DNA of 60,578 nucleotides, filler included, from Perkinsus olseni (lineage: Eukaryota), in the NCBI GenBank assembly GCA_013115125.1. It is 9 parts of 9 records of this genome, joined end to end, with 100 filler letters (N's around TTAATTAATTAA, not from the genome) between each part and the next. Parts side by side here need not be neighbours in the genome. Positions count along the whole stretch, not along the records: positions 6,785 to 13,456 come from JABANN010001076.1; positions 13,557 to 20,211 come from JABANN010001077.1; positions 20,312 to 26,960 come from JABANN010001078.1; 6 more parts are not named here. One strand, given 5' to 3'. Below are positions 11,014 through 23,500 of this stretch, piece after piece (position 1 is the first letter of the stretch; every line of letters starts with the position of its first letter). The translations under genes and the position numbers were made by a program. Under the pieces are notes generated by a model, which did no database searches, was not told the origin of the DNA, and worked only from the letters and a program-made list of their open reading frames with translations.

Positions 11014-11989
11014 GGCAATGTGAATACGAGGAAGACTATGCTCTGTTTTTGAGGCGGAAATATAATCTATGAAAGTACGGTTTGTCGCTACTGGGTTCTT
11101 TACTGATTTTATCTTTTGACCTTATTTTCCATCTATCAACATGTTCTTGTGTGTGTGCATTATTACACAGCTCCGAGTTACAGTTGAATTATTGTAATGA
11201 GTTGGCTGAGTCGTAGTGAAAATTGTAATAATACAGATAACTCTGAAGCCAGGGAATGACATTGCGATGATACAGATGATGCTAAGTTAGTGAAACTAAC
11301 CGAGCCGTAGAATTCTCAACTTCTGGAGTCGCCAGCTCGGAGATGAAACTTCCCTGTGTAAGTGTGAATTTGAGTCCAACGCCGACATATGTCCGAGATT
11401 GAACGCACCCCACCCCTCGCTCTATCAGTTCCGCTGCGGAACAGGCAAAGCGCAACCTCCGCTTCCGCCACCACAGGATCGATTCGGGTACTCTCAGTTT
11501 CGAAGCCGAGAGGTATATAAACTTATCTATTTTCTTCGCCGAGAAAGCATTCGCGAGTTTCCTCCGTAGTCTCGTCGTCAGCCCTCTGAAATGCCCTTTG
11601 TAATTGTTCAACAAAGCGAGTTGAACCACCAGTATGATGGTGAAGTTCGACTGAGTGGATGAGCAGGGGTCAGTTGCCATATGACAGACGTATTCTCGAT
11701 CGCGGAAAGCGGTCCAGTGATACTGATAAGTTCGTGATTGTAGTTGTCCTTGGTTTTCAATTGTTTTTCTGTTCTAACTTGAGCAAGGAGCTAGTGAAAG
11801 AGGCCCATCATCGCTCGCCCTTGTGCGAGGGGGACAGTTGGGCAGTTTCGTCTTTGCCTTGTTCATTCTGGTGTATGCGTGTTGCTCAGGCGGGACCTAC
11901 AACACAGCTCTAATTTCAAGAGTTTCCTTCGATAGCAGACTCGTCAGAATCGGTGGTCACCATCAGTAGTTATCGCTTTGTCTCTTATC

Positions 11990-12400
11990 ATGTATACCTT
12001 CCTCAGCCTCGCCGCTCTTACCTCCGCCTTCTATCAAGTTGATGCTGGATCTGCCCTGGTGATCGCTGAGAAGCTTCTGGGAGCTGATGGTGGCTACTGC
12101 CAGCGTATCTGTGATGAACGTCCTGAATGTATCTTCAGCTACTGTGGCGATGACAACAAGTGCCACAACTTGGGTTCGGCTGACACGAACGAAGTTGTTC
12201 CCTGTGGCGCCACGGCCACGTCGTTCGACAGCTGCACGTCTGCCTGCGACTCCGTACCTGATTGTGCTTCGAGTACTTGGAAGTCTTTCTGCAAGACTTG
12301 GCTTGACAGGCCCGTCTGTTTTGGCCTCCTGAAGAATGCCAACGGTTTGTGTTATGAGGCTTCATCTGGCTGCACTGGTACTGCCTATGCTTGCCCTTAA
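11990..12400 (+). CDS. Secreted Cys-rich protein (136 aa, 14 Cys), copy 2
   Basis: 7 amino-acid differences from 8699-9109; flanks homologous but more diverged. Confidence 0.88.
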   Translation: MYTFLSLAALTSAFYQVDAGSALVIAEKLLGADGGYCQRICDERPECIFSYCGDDNKCHNLGSADTNEVVPCGATATSFDSCTSACDSVPDCASSTWKSFCKTWLDRPVCFGLLKNANGLCYEASSGCTGTAYACP

Positions 12401-13382
12401 TTATGAAGAGACATTATCGCCTATCAGCAGCTAGCCTGCTCAAGTTATTCTCAAACAGTTCCTTGTGGTGAAGTATTGGAGGTCTCTGCTCTGCTCTCTT
12501 ACACTCGAAGTGTTACTGATTATTTCATTGCTCAAGTATAAAGTAATACATGACTAATCTTTCGTGCAAGTGGGCAGTACCTGTGTTAGTCCGGAGTAGA
12601 GAGGGTTAGCATTGAAGACCTTGTCAACGATGATCTCTATAGTCACAAGTATAATAGCCTGGTAAGGGCTTGGCTACTGATTCCCAGTGAGCCAGCCAGC
12701 TTAAATAAGCCCTCTTTTTTAGTATTCTCTGGAAGATCCTATCCTCCTACGATCGCAAAGTATGAGATTCTACAAATATCGAGATAGTGCGTAGTGTTTT
12801 AATTTGTTTTATCAGAGCGACTGGTACTCGTCTGGTAATTGTTCAAACTTCGATGGATAGAAAGCTTCCAGGATTAGTTGTCTTCCACCATATGAGAAGC
12901 CATCGAAATGCTGCAAATTGTGTGCCTCGCTCTCAATTTCCCGTTGGCATGCTCTTCAGCGAAAAAGTACATATTGGCGTCGCGGTAATTCCGTCATCAT
13001 CATGCTACTCAAACTTGACAATACCTCTGTGGTTCGAATCATTTCCATGAACTGAACACAACAGTGAATTACACGAGGACTTTGTTCAATACTGCACTTT
13101 AAATGTTGATGACCATCACACAGCAATAAGAAACCCCCCAAAAGAGTTACAATGGCAAGAATCACTGCGACGGATCATCGTCACCATGGACAATCATTGT
13201 AATTGGATATGTTAGGCAGCTAACTTCTAACGAAGGGCAAAACAGCAACCAAGCGGACGTGAATTCCAAGCCGCAATTCGGGCAAATGAAGTGTCGGCTC
13301 GAGGGGCTATCGAGAGTGTCGATGCTTAAATTTATCAATTTCTTCGCCCCGTTTAACAGCAGCCCAGGCACGAGCGAAGCCA

Positions 13383-13420
13383 GACAGCGTGTCCGAGTGG
13401 TTAAGGAGGTGGACTTCCAC
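13383..13420 (+). pseudogene. tRNA-Ser 5'-half fragment
   Basis: GACAGCGTGTCCGAGTGGTTAAGGAGGTGGACTT identical to tRNA 722-803, then 5 nt missing, CCAC, then unrelated sequence. Confidence 0.8.
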
Positions 13421-13556
13421 GTCAACATGAAAAAACAACCGAATGACACTCCGCGCNNNNNNNNNNNNNNNNNNNNNNNNNNNNNNNNNNNNNNNNNNNN
13501 TTAATTAATTAANNNNNNNNNNNNNNNNNNNNNNNNNNNNNNNNNNNNNNNNNNNN

Positions 13557-13776
13557 GCCTCAAACACGTAGTATGTGCTGAATTAGACTGATTTTTGTGA
13601 TTTGCATATCGAATTGGAACACCCTGTACGTCTTGCCCATCCAGGTTGATGGTAACGAGACCATCTCTAACCGGAACCGTCACAGTCTTGGCGGAGGGGT
13701 CCGACTGCAGCCCTGAGGCTCTACACGATACGGACAGCGTGGCCCCGACCAACGCTGCAGCGATGGACTTTGACAT
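13557..13776 (-). CDS. 5' fragment of a secreted protein, probably pepsin-like aspartic protease
   Basis: Signal peptide then VPVRDGLVTINLDGQDV, resembling the strand preceding the DTGS motif (compare VVDNQQIYAQVDTGS at ~38070); truncated by gap, catalytic motif not visible. Confidence 0.45.
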
Positions 13777-14862
13777 TGTGTGAGGAGAAGGGCGAAGAAG
13801 AAAACAGAACAGGACAAGGCTACTTGCGGGTGCCCGAGAGTTCTCAACTCTCCTGGGTTATCTCCTTTTCCTGAACTCTGAGTTCAGGAGAAGGTCCTGA
13901 GATAACCCGAGGCTTCACACTAGCACCTGCTGCTCGTTCGCGTGGCCTCCCGGAGAAAGGCTCCTGACAAGGCACATGCTAGGGATTAGCGGCTTATCAC
14001 TGTAGATGAGCCTGTCGGCGGCAGACTGTCTTGAAGTCGCCCCAATCATTGTGGCACAATGGCATTGGCTTAAACTAACCCATTCCCAGCGTCGAACTAC
14101 ATATGAATTTATCATCTGCAGTATAGACGAAAGGCACACCTTCTCTAAGACTGGCCTTGAGGTCTAGCACATTTGAATATTGTCGAGGCTTCCTTGTCGA
14201 TGCCGCCCTACCAGGCAAAGCGAGAGATGGCCCTATAAATATCCTATCAGCGTGGAAGACTATTTTCGAGCATCTCCAATAGAGCGCGTCCGCGCTCGAA
14301 TTCACCAACCCATTCTGATCTGGTCGTAGCACACCATGCCAGTGCTAGGCTGAGCTCCCCTATAACATCTCCGAACCACTCGGTGGAACGCGACTTCTGC
14401 TGTCCCACATTTTACTACTTCAGTCTCAGGCGATCGATATCTTGCCACCTCACCTCACACGTTTTCAGTGAAAGTTTTCCCCATCAATGCGATGAACTTC
14501 CAAGTCGAGCTCGGAGCAGGCCTGATGCGCTTCGCTCCGCTGTGCTCGAAACGGGACACTTCCGCCATGGTTTTAGATGGCATTAGATGACTTAGTACGT
14601 GTCTTGCTGCGTGTTGAGTCCTATGTCACCTGATACACCCGAATGGCACAACAAAGCCTTTTCCAGCCGAGAAGTCGAACAAGCAGCTCAACAGTTGATG
14701 CTCTGAACTGCTACTGCCTACCACCGCTATCAGTCATAGAGAACCCGACCACTTGGGGACTTCTAAGGAGATTAATATTCAGAGTTCATCGTCACGTCAA
14801 TGGGATTCGCTAGGTTAAGATATTGGGACAGTCAGCTTGTGTGCTCAGTGGGCAGGGACACT

Positions 14863-14961
14863 GGCCACCAGTGGCTGGTGAGTCACCACAGTGTTCTGAG
14901 ACAGGCCACCAGTGGCTGGTGGGTCACCACAGTGTTCTGAGACAGGCCACCAGTGGCTGGT
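14863..14961. repeat. 41-bp tandem repeat, ~2.4 copies, internally palindromic
   Basis: ggccaccagtggctggtg(a/g)gtcaccacagtgttctgagaca at 14863 and 14904, partial copy at 14945. Confidence 0.9.
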
Positions 14962-15732
14962 CACACAACACTGTGGCACCCACATGATGCAATGGCAGGT
15001 GGGCCTCACTTCTCACTGATTGCGAGCAGGGCTCAAAACATGGACCCGACTTCCACTAAGAAACGTGAAGTCAGCTCCTCTTGTGATACGGCCTTCTCAT
15101 GTCTTCTCATGTTCTCATATATGCCTTCTCCTCCTATGGCCAGCAGTCAGCCCCGGTTGGTCCCACCACCGAGCTTACGCGTTCAACCCCGGCGTAAGGT
15201 CTACGTCGCAGAACCAACCTTGCTCCAGTACGACGCTACGGCAAGCTGAGTGATGGCGGATTATAAAAAGACAGCAGACGAAAGATTGGAGGATTGATGG
15301 CCAAACCCGGGCCTTGAGTTCTCAATCCGCCAGTCTCTTCACACCGATGCCCATAACGCGGATCCGCTTATCCTTGCAGAACAGTTCAGTCTACAAAGAG
15401 CGGCGACAGTTCAGCCTGAACTGCCAGACGCATTCTATGGGCGCCGCAAGCGGACTACCGCTAGACGACCCTTAGTTGTTACTCCGGAGTAGATGGACTT
15501 CTGATTCGGAATGTCTGACATCTACCCCGCGTTTCTTCTCCTCTACTCATGCGAGCTTCTGCCAAAATACGATGCCGTTTCCACGGGCTACTAAGGGGAG
15601 CATCGGAATCCTCAGGTCGATCGCATCCCCCCGTTCACTGAACTAACACGACAAGATCCAGCATACTTGAAATACGGTAATGTTACGTCGTCAAGCACTA
15701 CATAAACTTGCTCTGTTCGCCCTTACCTAAAA

Positions 15733-18700
15733 TCAAAGAATCACTCTCAACAGCAAGACCCTGCCAACCCTACTTATGAACTTGCTATCAGCACTCTCAC
15801 CCAGGCCCCCTCCCTTCTCAAGCTGTTCCTTCTGTTTTTTTAACATGTCCATGAACGTCTAAGGAATACAATCTAACACGTTAATCGCAACAAGCCCAAG
15901 TCACCTGAGTAATCTGAGCCTCCCGACTAGCCTTCTCCTCAAACTTATACAGCGCCAAAGCTCGCTTCTCCTCCGCGCTGTAAATCTGATTTAAGGAAAT
16001 GCCGGGGCCTAGGTTCGAACCCGGGACCTTCACTCACCTGATTCTCCTTCCGTATACGGACGGCGTTCATCCGCCGGTGACGACTACCGGACATAACGTA
16101 ACCAACGGACTCCATTTTCTCGATTTCATCAGTCGACATACCAACCTCGCCTGAATGCGACACCTTGCACCAAATAAACTTGGAAGGAAAAATCTTTGTT
16201 CGAAATTTTCATATGATTTTTCGCGAGAATTTCCATCATCAATTTTCGGAAAAATTGATACCACTCGATACGTAGAAAAAAATCTGGGGAATGCAGCGCG
16301 CTAAATTTTAAGGGAAGGTCGGGTTCAACTTAAATTGTCTTCGAAGGACGCCCGTGAGATCCCGCCGTTCAACAACAGTACAGAGAATTGGCGTTCCCCA
16401 CGCCCTCTCCTACCTCTTCTCGGGATACGCTTTCCTTCAGCAACATAGCTGGCCATAGCCTCACCTTCTCCTGGTCGTAGGGCCTTACCGTAACTGAACC
16501 CCCAACGAAAATTTCGCGCGCCACGAAATTCACATCGCTCTACTATCGACACTTAGATACTCAAAATATCCTCAGCCGCTTCAACCCCGTCAAAACATCG
16601 CCCCATCTCTCCCAACCTACTCGACTCCGCCATGGGACTTAGTTCCACCCAAAGCATCGCTGCTAGCCAGCATTGGACGTGGACCGAATCCCTCATCATC
16701 ATCGTCGTCGTCACTACTCTCATTATGGACACCGGCAGGGTGGAACACCGTCGTTGGCACTTCCACCTTTCGTTCGACCCACTCGTATCTGCCAACTGAT
16801 CGGTAAGCTTTCATACCAACTTTCTCGCACTAAAACATTCAGCGCGGCCAACCATCATGAGCAGGGATTCAATCGCCTACCAGAGGTCAATCAGGAAAGA
16901 ACACGATTGCTTTCCGTATGCTTCCCAGGACACAATCACAGGCCGTGACTACGCTAACTTACCAGAGAATGATAATCTTCACTCGAAAAATGATACAGTC
17001 CACGACACTGAGTGCAGGTTCATAACGAAGGCATATCAATAAACAAAAAATAAAGATAAAACAGGTAGTTACATATGGATATGATATTAGTTGATAATTC
17101 ATGTTAATTCGGCACCTGTCAGGTTATACATAGACTATATATAACATAGTAATTTAGTAACCAATAATGTAGTGTGCAGAGGATGGTACATCAACTGATG
17201 GGAAATATGTATTCAGTACGCAAAACTTTAGACTTTCAATCTGGACGTGGACACGTGGATACGACTATTCTTTCTAAGACCGCAGTTCTACCTACTAACG
17301 GCTCAACCGTAAATTCGCCACCCTTCTGTCACTTGCCCTCCTCCCAGTACTACTCAGAATCCTCATCATCAACTTCCGGTTCCTTCACAGTCACTTCCTC
17401 TACGGACGACGGTGATGATGAACTCGCCGATACGCTTCTTTCGCGGTGGTGACGGTGGTGATGACGATGATGATGCTTCTTTTTCCTGAGCTCAGTCCAT
17501 CAAAAATGCACAACGCTGCATCGCTCCGCCCTACCTCTCCTCCCTTTCCTCATGCTTGTGTCTCCGTCGTTTCTCCTTCCGATGGCTGCGGTGCCGTCGA
17601 CTGCGCCGGTCCGAGTCGCTGCTGTCGGCATCCGAACTGTCATCTTCAGATTTACTACGCTTCCTCGGCGACTTAAATTTGGGATCCATCGCTCTTTGAA
17701 CCTGGCACCGATTTTGTATTCGCCTAGGGTCAACCTAAGATACGCCTCCGGTAATTCCGCAGCGAACATCCGAAAATACCTTAAACTAATCTCACCGTTT
17801 TAAATTGGTGAAACATATTTATTATGAAACGGTTGATCGATTCGAAAAATCTTTATAGCTTACTCAACACCCGACACCTACAGCTGTATGAAACCTCTCC
17901 TCACGCTCCTTCTCCTCCTTCGACCCTAAAACACAAAAAGAAATACTCGGATTCCCGCGCGCAAGCAGCACATCAGTTCAATTCCGACTCTCCGCGACCA
18001 ACCACACTGGGACGACCCGAAACAATCCTAAACTACGCAAGAGTCTTGCGGCAAGACCGATGGGAAAGCATTCCAGATAAGTTAAATGTTCCATGCGTTG
18101 AGGGAATCTACAATGTGAATAACGGTCTGTAGCGGAGCGAAAATTGGAGACGACGATCGTTTTCAACAGGGCCACAACCAGCGCGATTGTGCCCAGGAGC
18201 GCCTCAAAAATCGAGTACCATAGAAGGCGCTATCACTATAGGGACCATACTAAGCTCCCTATCGCAGACCGTTATACCATTCACTGCTACAACGTCTTCA
18301 ATCACTCAGCAACAATATTTCCGACAATCCGCTGAATATCATCTCCAATTGTGGGGAACCGAATCAAGGTAGCGACGCAGAAACGCAGTGCTACACGAGA
18401 GCACTTGTGATGAGGTTTTTCAACGCCCACTCCAACGCGGCCAATTCTTCCCCCATCCTCACACTACTTCTCGTGTTAATCTTGAGAGCCTCCTCACTGT
18501 CATTGTCCTCATCACTCGACCGCAAAGGCCCGGGTTTGCTCCTCGCACAGGTTCGATCCTCGGCAAGTATCATTTCCGCTATTTCTCGCGAAGAGCAAGA
18601 GCTCCACCGGTCCTTCAGTCCTACCAAAACGAGGGAAGCTGAATGCAATAAGCCCAGATGATTTTTGACGGCAGCAGAAGGCACTGTATAGGAGACATGC

Positions 18701-19257
18701 CAAGATAATGAAGTCCGAGACAACCTTTTCCGTCTCTTGCAAGGATGAATTCGTGAAAAGATACTCTCTAGCGCTCGCGACGGACACAATAGCCGTACAA
18801 AATACACTCTGACGATTGGACAGTACAAAGAATGCCCTCCCAGGCATCGTGCTGAATTAGATACCAATCTTTGAACAAAACCGCGAGCTCCTGTAGAGAA
18901 CAACAAATTCCACGACAGAAAGTCGATAGAGGAAAAATCGAAACTGAGCATGGCTGAACCGAATATATTAATAACGAGCAAAAAAGCAATTAAATCATCA
19001 GAATCGTGCAACGCGTGAATACAACAAATCAGTAGTATATTTATTTTTACTACTCCCCCAGTCCCGTGCCGAGCAGTACTTTTCTCCAGCCATTCTCGAT
19101 CGGGCTCCCTTCCCCGTCCACGACGGTAATCGCCATCATCCTCACGCCTGCCTCCTCCGTATCGATCGGACCGTCTGTCTCTTCCGAACTCGTCATAGTC
19201 CGAGCTGTAGTAACTCCGACGGTCATCAGAGCTGTCACCGCGACGGTAGCCTCCCAT
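15733..19257 (-). CDS. NKAP: NKAP-like splicing factor (DUF926), multi-exon
   Basis: C-terminal exons YGKALRPGEGEAMASYVAEGKRIPRR|GEVGMSTDEIEKMESVGYVMSGSRHRRMNAVRIRKENQ|IYSAEEKRALALYKFEEK; upstream R/S/K/H-rich and acidic exons; first exon and stop position less certain. Confidence 0.9.
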
Positions 19258-19489
19258 CGGCAGGAGGAACAGAGGAGGGAGATAAACCTTTGTGACGACG
19301 AATACTGAGAGGCTTTCCGCGCGCGTTCGAACCACACAGTCGACCATGATAGAACATACGTCATCGCAAAAGTGCTTGTAGTCTGGGGGAGAAGTTACCG
19401 AGTGGAACGAAATGTGTCGGGAAGGCAGCCACAAAATAGGGCAAGAAACTCTCAACCACCACAGGCTCCCCCGTCTTCACAGCCGCCGC

Positions 19490-19490
19490 C

Positions 19491-19525
<35 letters not shown>
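19490..19525. repeat. (CAA)n microsatellite
   Basis: 12 perfect CAA units. Confidence 0.95.
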
Positions 19526-20384
19526 GAGTTCCTTAAGCCATCGACATAACTTCGATGGGTGAAGTAGAAAATCCAAGGGAAAGGTACAAATTCCAAGGAA
19601 GCGCGTGCGACAGGGAGGCAAAATCAACAGAGAAAAACCCTGATTTTGTACTAGTCCCTTGGTGTTAGGGAATTACCCTAAGTTCGATCGACCTGGAGGA
19701 GCTACGGCATCTGAGCCGGATCCATCTCCCGTCTGCGTACTTGAAGGATTCATGGCAACTCAAGGCGTGTGGGGGGTGTTGGTCTAACGGTAAAGCGGTA
19801 AAGGCAATAAGGAAATCATGAGACGAGACGGCACACAGAACTGCCACTAGGAGAGCCGGAGCTTCTCAAACAGGTCGAGGCCTACACACGTCTTGAGGAT
19901 ATGCTTGACCGGCAAGCTATGATTATTGAGGGCGCCCTCACGGGGGGGCCGGAGCAGCGTAAGAGTCGTCAAACCTTTTTAAATGTTGGAAAACGGGCTT
20001 TCAAGCTCTCACGCGATTCTGATTTTCAGACATGGTTTGTTCAACAACCCATTGTCGTGAAGAAGACGGATCCTCAAAAATGGCAAACATGACACATTTT
20101 GTAGCGGAGCGAAGCGCGCAAGTTTTGGTCGCGGTCCTTGAGTAAATCGTTTTTCCTCACCGGAGTTTTTCTAAACACCTGTTTTTGCACCACTTGCACT
20201 GTCATTTTCAANNNNNNNNNNNNNNNNNNNNNNNNNNNNNNNNNNNNNNNNNNNNTTAATTAATTAANNNNNNNNNNNNNNNNNNNNNNNNNNNNNNNNN
20301 NNNNNNNNNNNTAATAGTAAATAGGCATCCCACTCATCATACTTATATCATCACTGGGCCTATCTCGGACGCACGTCCGACACA

Positions 20385-20546
20385 ATTGTGTATTGGTGTC
20401 TCAAGCTAAGCTCGCAGGCTGAGCCACTGCTCGACGGCTACAGTCGTATCTGGTAATCTGTATTATCTGATCTAAAGCATCCGCTCGGTTGCGTTCTGCC
20501 CTAGTTTATCGTTGTTCTCGGCCGCGCTCCTCAAGATCAACGAATT
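20385..20546 (+). repeat. 5' terminal direct repeat (LTR-like)
   Basis: Identical to 26723-26884. Confidence 0.9.
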
Positions 20547-20558
20547 TTCTACCGGGAT

Positions 20559-23500
20559 ATGTCTGAGCAACATCCCGAACTAGATCCTACTGGACAACTT
20601 CCTCTACAAGAAACGTCTCATGCCCAAGAGACTAGTGGTCTTAGGCGGTCCTATAGACTTGCGGGTCGTCCGACTCGGCTGTACAGTTTATCGGCTACAA
20701 GAAGGCGATCCCACAACCCTCGCAAGCTGAAGGTCCTTCCTACCGTCGTTTATCCTCCTGCGGGAACTCCCGGTGCTGGACCTCTCCCTATGGTTGGTGC
20801 AGCGGCTCAAGATTCTAACGGTACTGCGACTGACTTACTTGACATTGACCAACTCCCTCCGGTGCGTTCTCTTCCTCGGCCTACTGCGGCATCGTCTCTT
20901 CCTCGACCTACGACAGCAACCTTCCTTCCTGGTCCTTCTTCACATCATCTGGGGTTTGAAGGTACGGCTCCGTCGATGGAACCACTCTACAAGGTCACCA
21001 AGGCGGCTGTGAAGAGTGAAGACTACATACCAGACCAGGAGTGGCGCCAACTCACTCGGACGAGTGAACACCTTGCGGAGGAATGGCGCAAGGCCGGGCA
21101 TAAAGCCTTTGATGATTCCCCAAGGACTGGTCCAATTTCGACGACATTGAGAACGTGGGAAATGTTCTGCTACTCTAAGTGGGCCTCTCCGACTGATGTG
21201 TCTTCAGTGCGAGCTTTCATGGAAGCGGCTATCTCGGCTAAGATTAGCGACGAAATCAAGAAGGCCTTCGGACGGCAGATCATCTCATCGAATAATTTAC
21301 GATCGAGGGCGTTCTACGACTACTTCTACAGCTTCGCCATCTCTTATCTCAATGATAACTACACGGACTCTGTCTATGTTACCAGCGTCCTACAGCGCAT
21401 CCTTAACCTCAGTCAGGGTGCCTCTTCTCTGTCCGACCACCTACAAGCAGCTGAAGAGCTGATCGAAGAGCTGAAGTTTTGCGCTTCTTCTCGTGTCGTC
21501 CAGCTAGACATCGACCATCTCAGCAACTCTCTCATGATGTCTCTCGGCGAGCCCTTCCGAGGGTGGTATTATGAGGAACTGAAGGTCGCAGTCCGAGAAG
21601 GGTCGTTCGGCTCCTTGGACTCTATCGTCGACGTCTGCAAGGTGATCAAGCGCCGTTCCCGTACTCTGGGACCCGAGCGACCCTACTCATATCCAACATC
21701 CTCATCGTCATCTTCTAAGGTCCCTACATCAGCAGCTCAGGTCTCGTCTGTCGGCCTCAACCCAGGCGAATGTGTGACGGTTCTTGATGGCCAGGGCGGT
21801 GCTACATCAAGGGATACCGTCCCTAACAAGTCCGCTAAGCAGAACAACCAGCGTCCTAAGGGCTGTCGGAGATGTTATCAACAGGGCCACTTTGCTACTG
21901 CGTGCACTGCTGATTCACCCCAAAATCTTCATAAGCGCTGTCGTTGTGGAGCCAGCACTCACACGCAGGACCAGTGCAAGCTGCCGGTTGCTGACCTGAA
22001 GTGTGAACGGTGCGGGAACTCCACTTCTCTTGCGGACCAGAAGCCACACCGTTCTGGTGTCTGTCCTTATAGTCTGGACCAGATCAAAGACGTGAAGGGT
22101 AAAGCTCCATCACCTGATGAGTCTCAACTAGCTCACATTGATGGTATAGATCCGCAGTCTCTTCCCAACCTCGAGATTTGTACCTTGGAATTGTCGACCG
22201 GGTCGAGTGGTGGTACATCATCTTTATCATCAAGCTCTCTAAGTACAGAACGGTTGCCGTCTAGTCCATCAGTTGTCACTCCGCCAAGTTCCTCTGCCGT
22301 GAATGCCTTGCTCACCGGTGTCTGTTCTGCCTCCACGGGAGACAGAGTTGCACAACCCTGTACTCCTATCATCGTTGGTCTTCCATCGTCGTCCCTGTCC
22401 ACTGTAACGGCCTTGGCACTCTGGGATACCGGAGCATCCGGAACCTTCATCAGGTCAGATGTTCTGGAGAAGTTAGCCAACAAAGCTGGCCTGCAGTTTA
22501 AGCGACCATCTACGCCAAGTACCCCGGTGTGTGCTACCTTAGCCGATAGTCAATCCCAGATCAAGCTCTTGGGTGTTTGCTCTATCACTTTGGCCTCTCC
22601 GAAGGCTGCCACAACGGTTCAAGCGTATGTGACGGATCAGCTGTCGTATCCGGTGGTCATAGGGGTCCCGACCCTCTTTGCATTGAAGGCGAGGCTAGAC
22701 TTCGGCAACGATGGCATCGTCAAGATTACTACAGGCTGTTCAGATGCAGTCGATACCAGCACTTCCACAGCCGATTCTCGAGCTGAGCCGATCTCTGCGA
22801 GCTGTGTCCATCTCGTCGCTGGTAGCGGTAAGCTTGAGGAGGACACCCGCCTGTGGGAAACCTTCACTCCCATTAAAGGGGAACTCTCATGTGCTCACCT
22901 ACGACTTGATGTCGGGCAGAGACGGTCCGAGTTCGCGGACGCTCTGCCATGTGGGGACAATCTGAGACCGTGCCCTCATGATAAGGTGGTCGAGCAACGC
23001 TCTCCTGCGAGGACTGTACAGCTCGACATCACTCGTGAAGGGCGCTACGTGGTGGACTTTCTTCCTCAAGGAATAGAAGAGGCGGCTGGGCTTGGCTGGA
23101 AGACTACCGTCACTCGTGCTGCAAGATCACTCCGAGGTCGCACTACGGATGAGTTGTCACAGATAGGATCAGCCATTGATAAGCTACTTACATCTGGCTA
23201 TGTTGGTCATATGCCCTTACGGTTCACTGGTCGAGTCCCTCCAAGATCAGTATTCCATAACCTCTATGCTCACAGTCCACTGATACGGACGACACATCTG
23301 GCATACGACTCCTACTATGACCGTTGCTTGCCGACTTTCGTGCCATCTCAGTATGTCTTCAAAGGATCCAGTAGCACAACCCCTTGTCGTATCGTCTATG
23401 ATGCCAGATGGAGTAACCGGATGTTGTCGCCTCCGTCTACCACGAGATGGAACCTGATGAGCTTCCTGATCACTACCAGTTCCAAGCCGTGCATTCACTA

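Noticed and set aside
14863-14961. CRISPR array
   Set aside because: Units are contiguous with no unique spacers, no cas genes, eukaryotic context
18391-19455. 354-aa ORF as a single protein
   Set aside because: Runs through intron-like sequence and joins unrelated exon peptides
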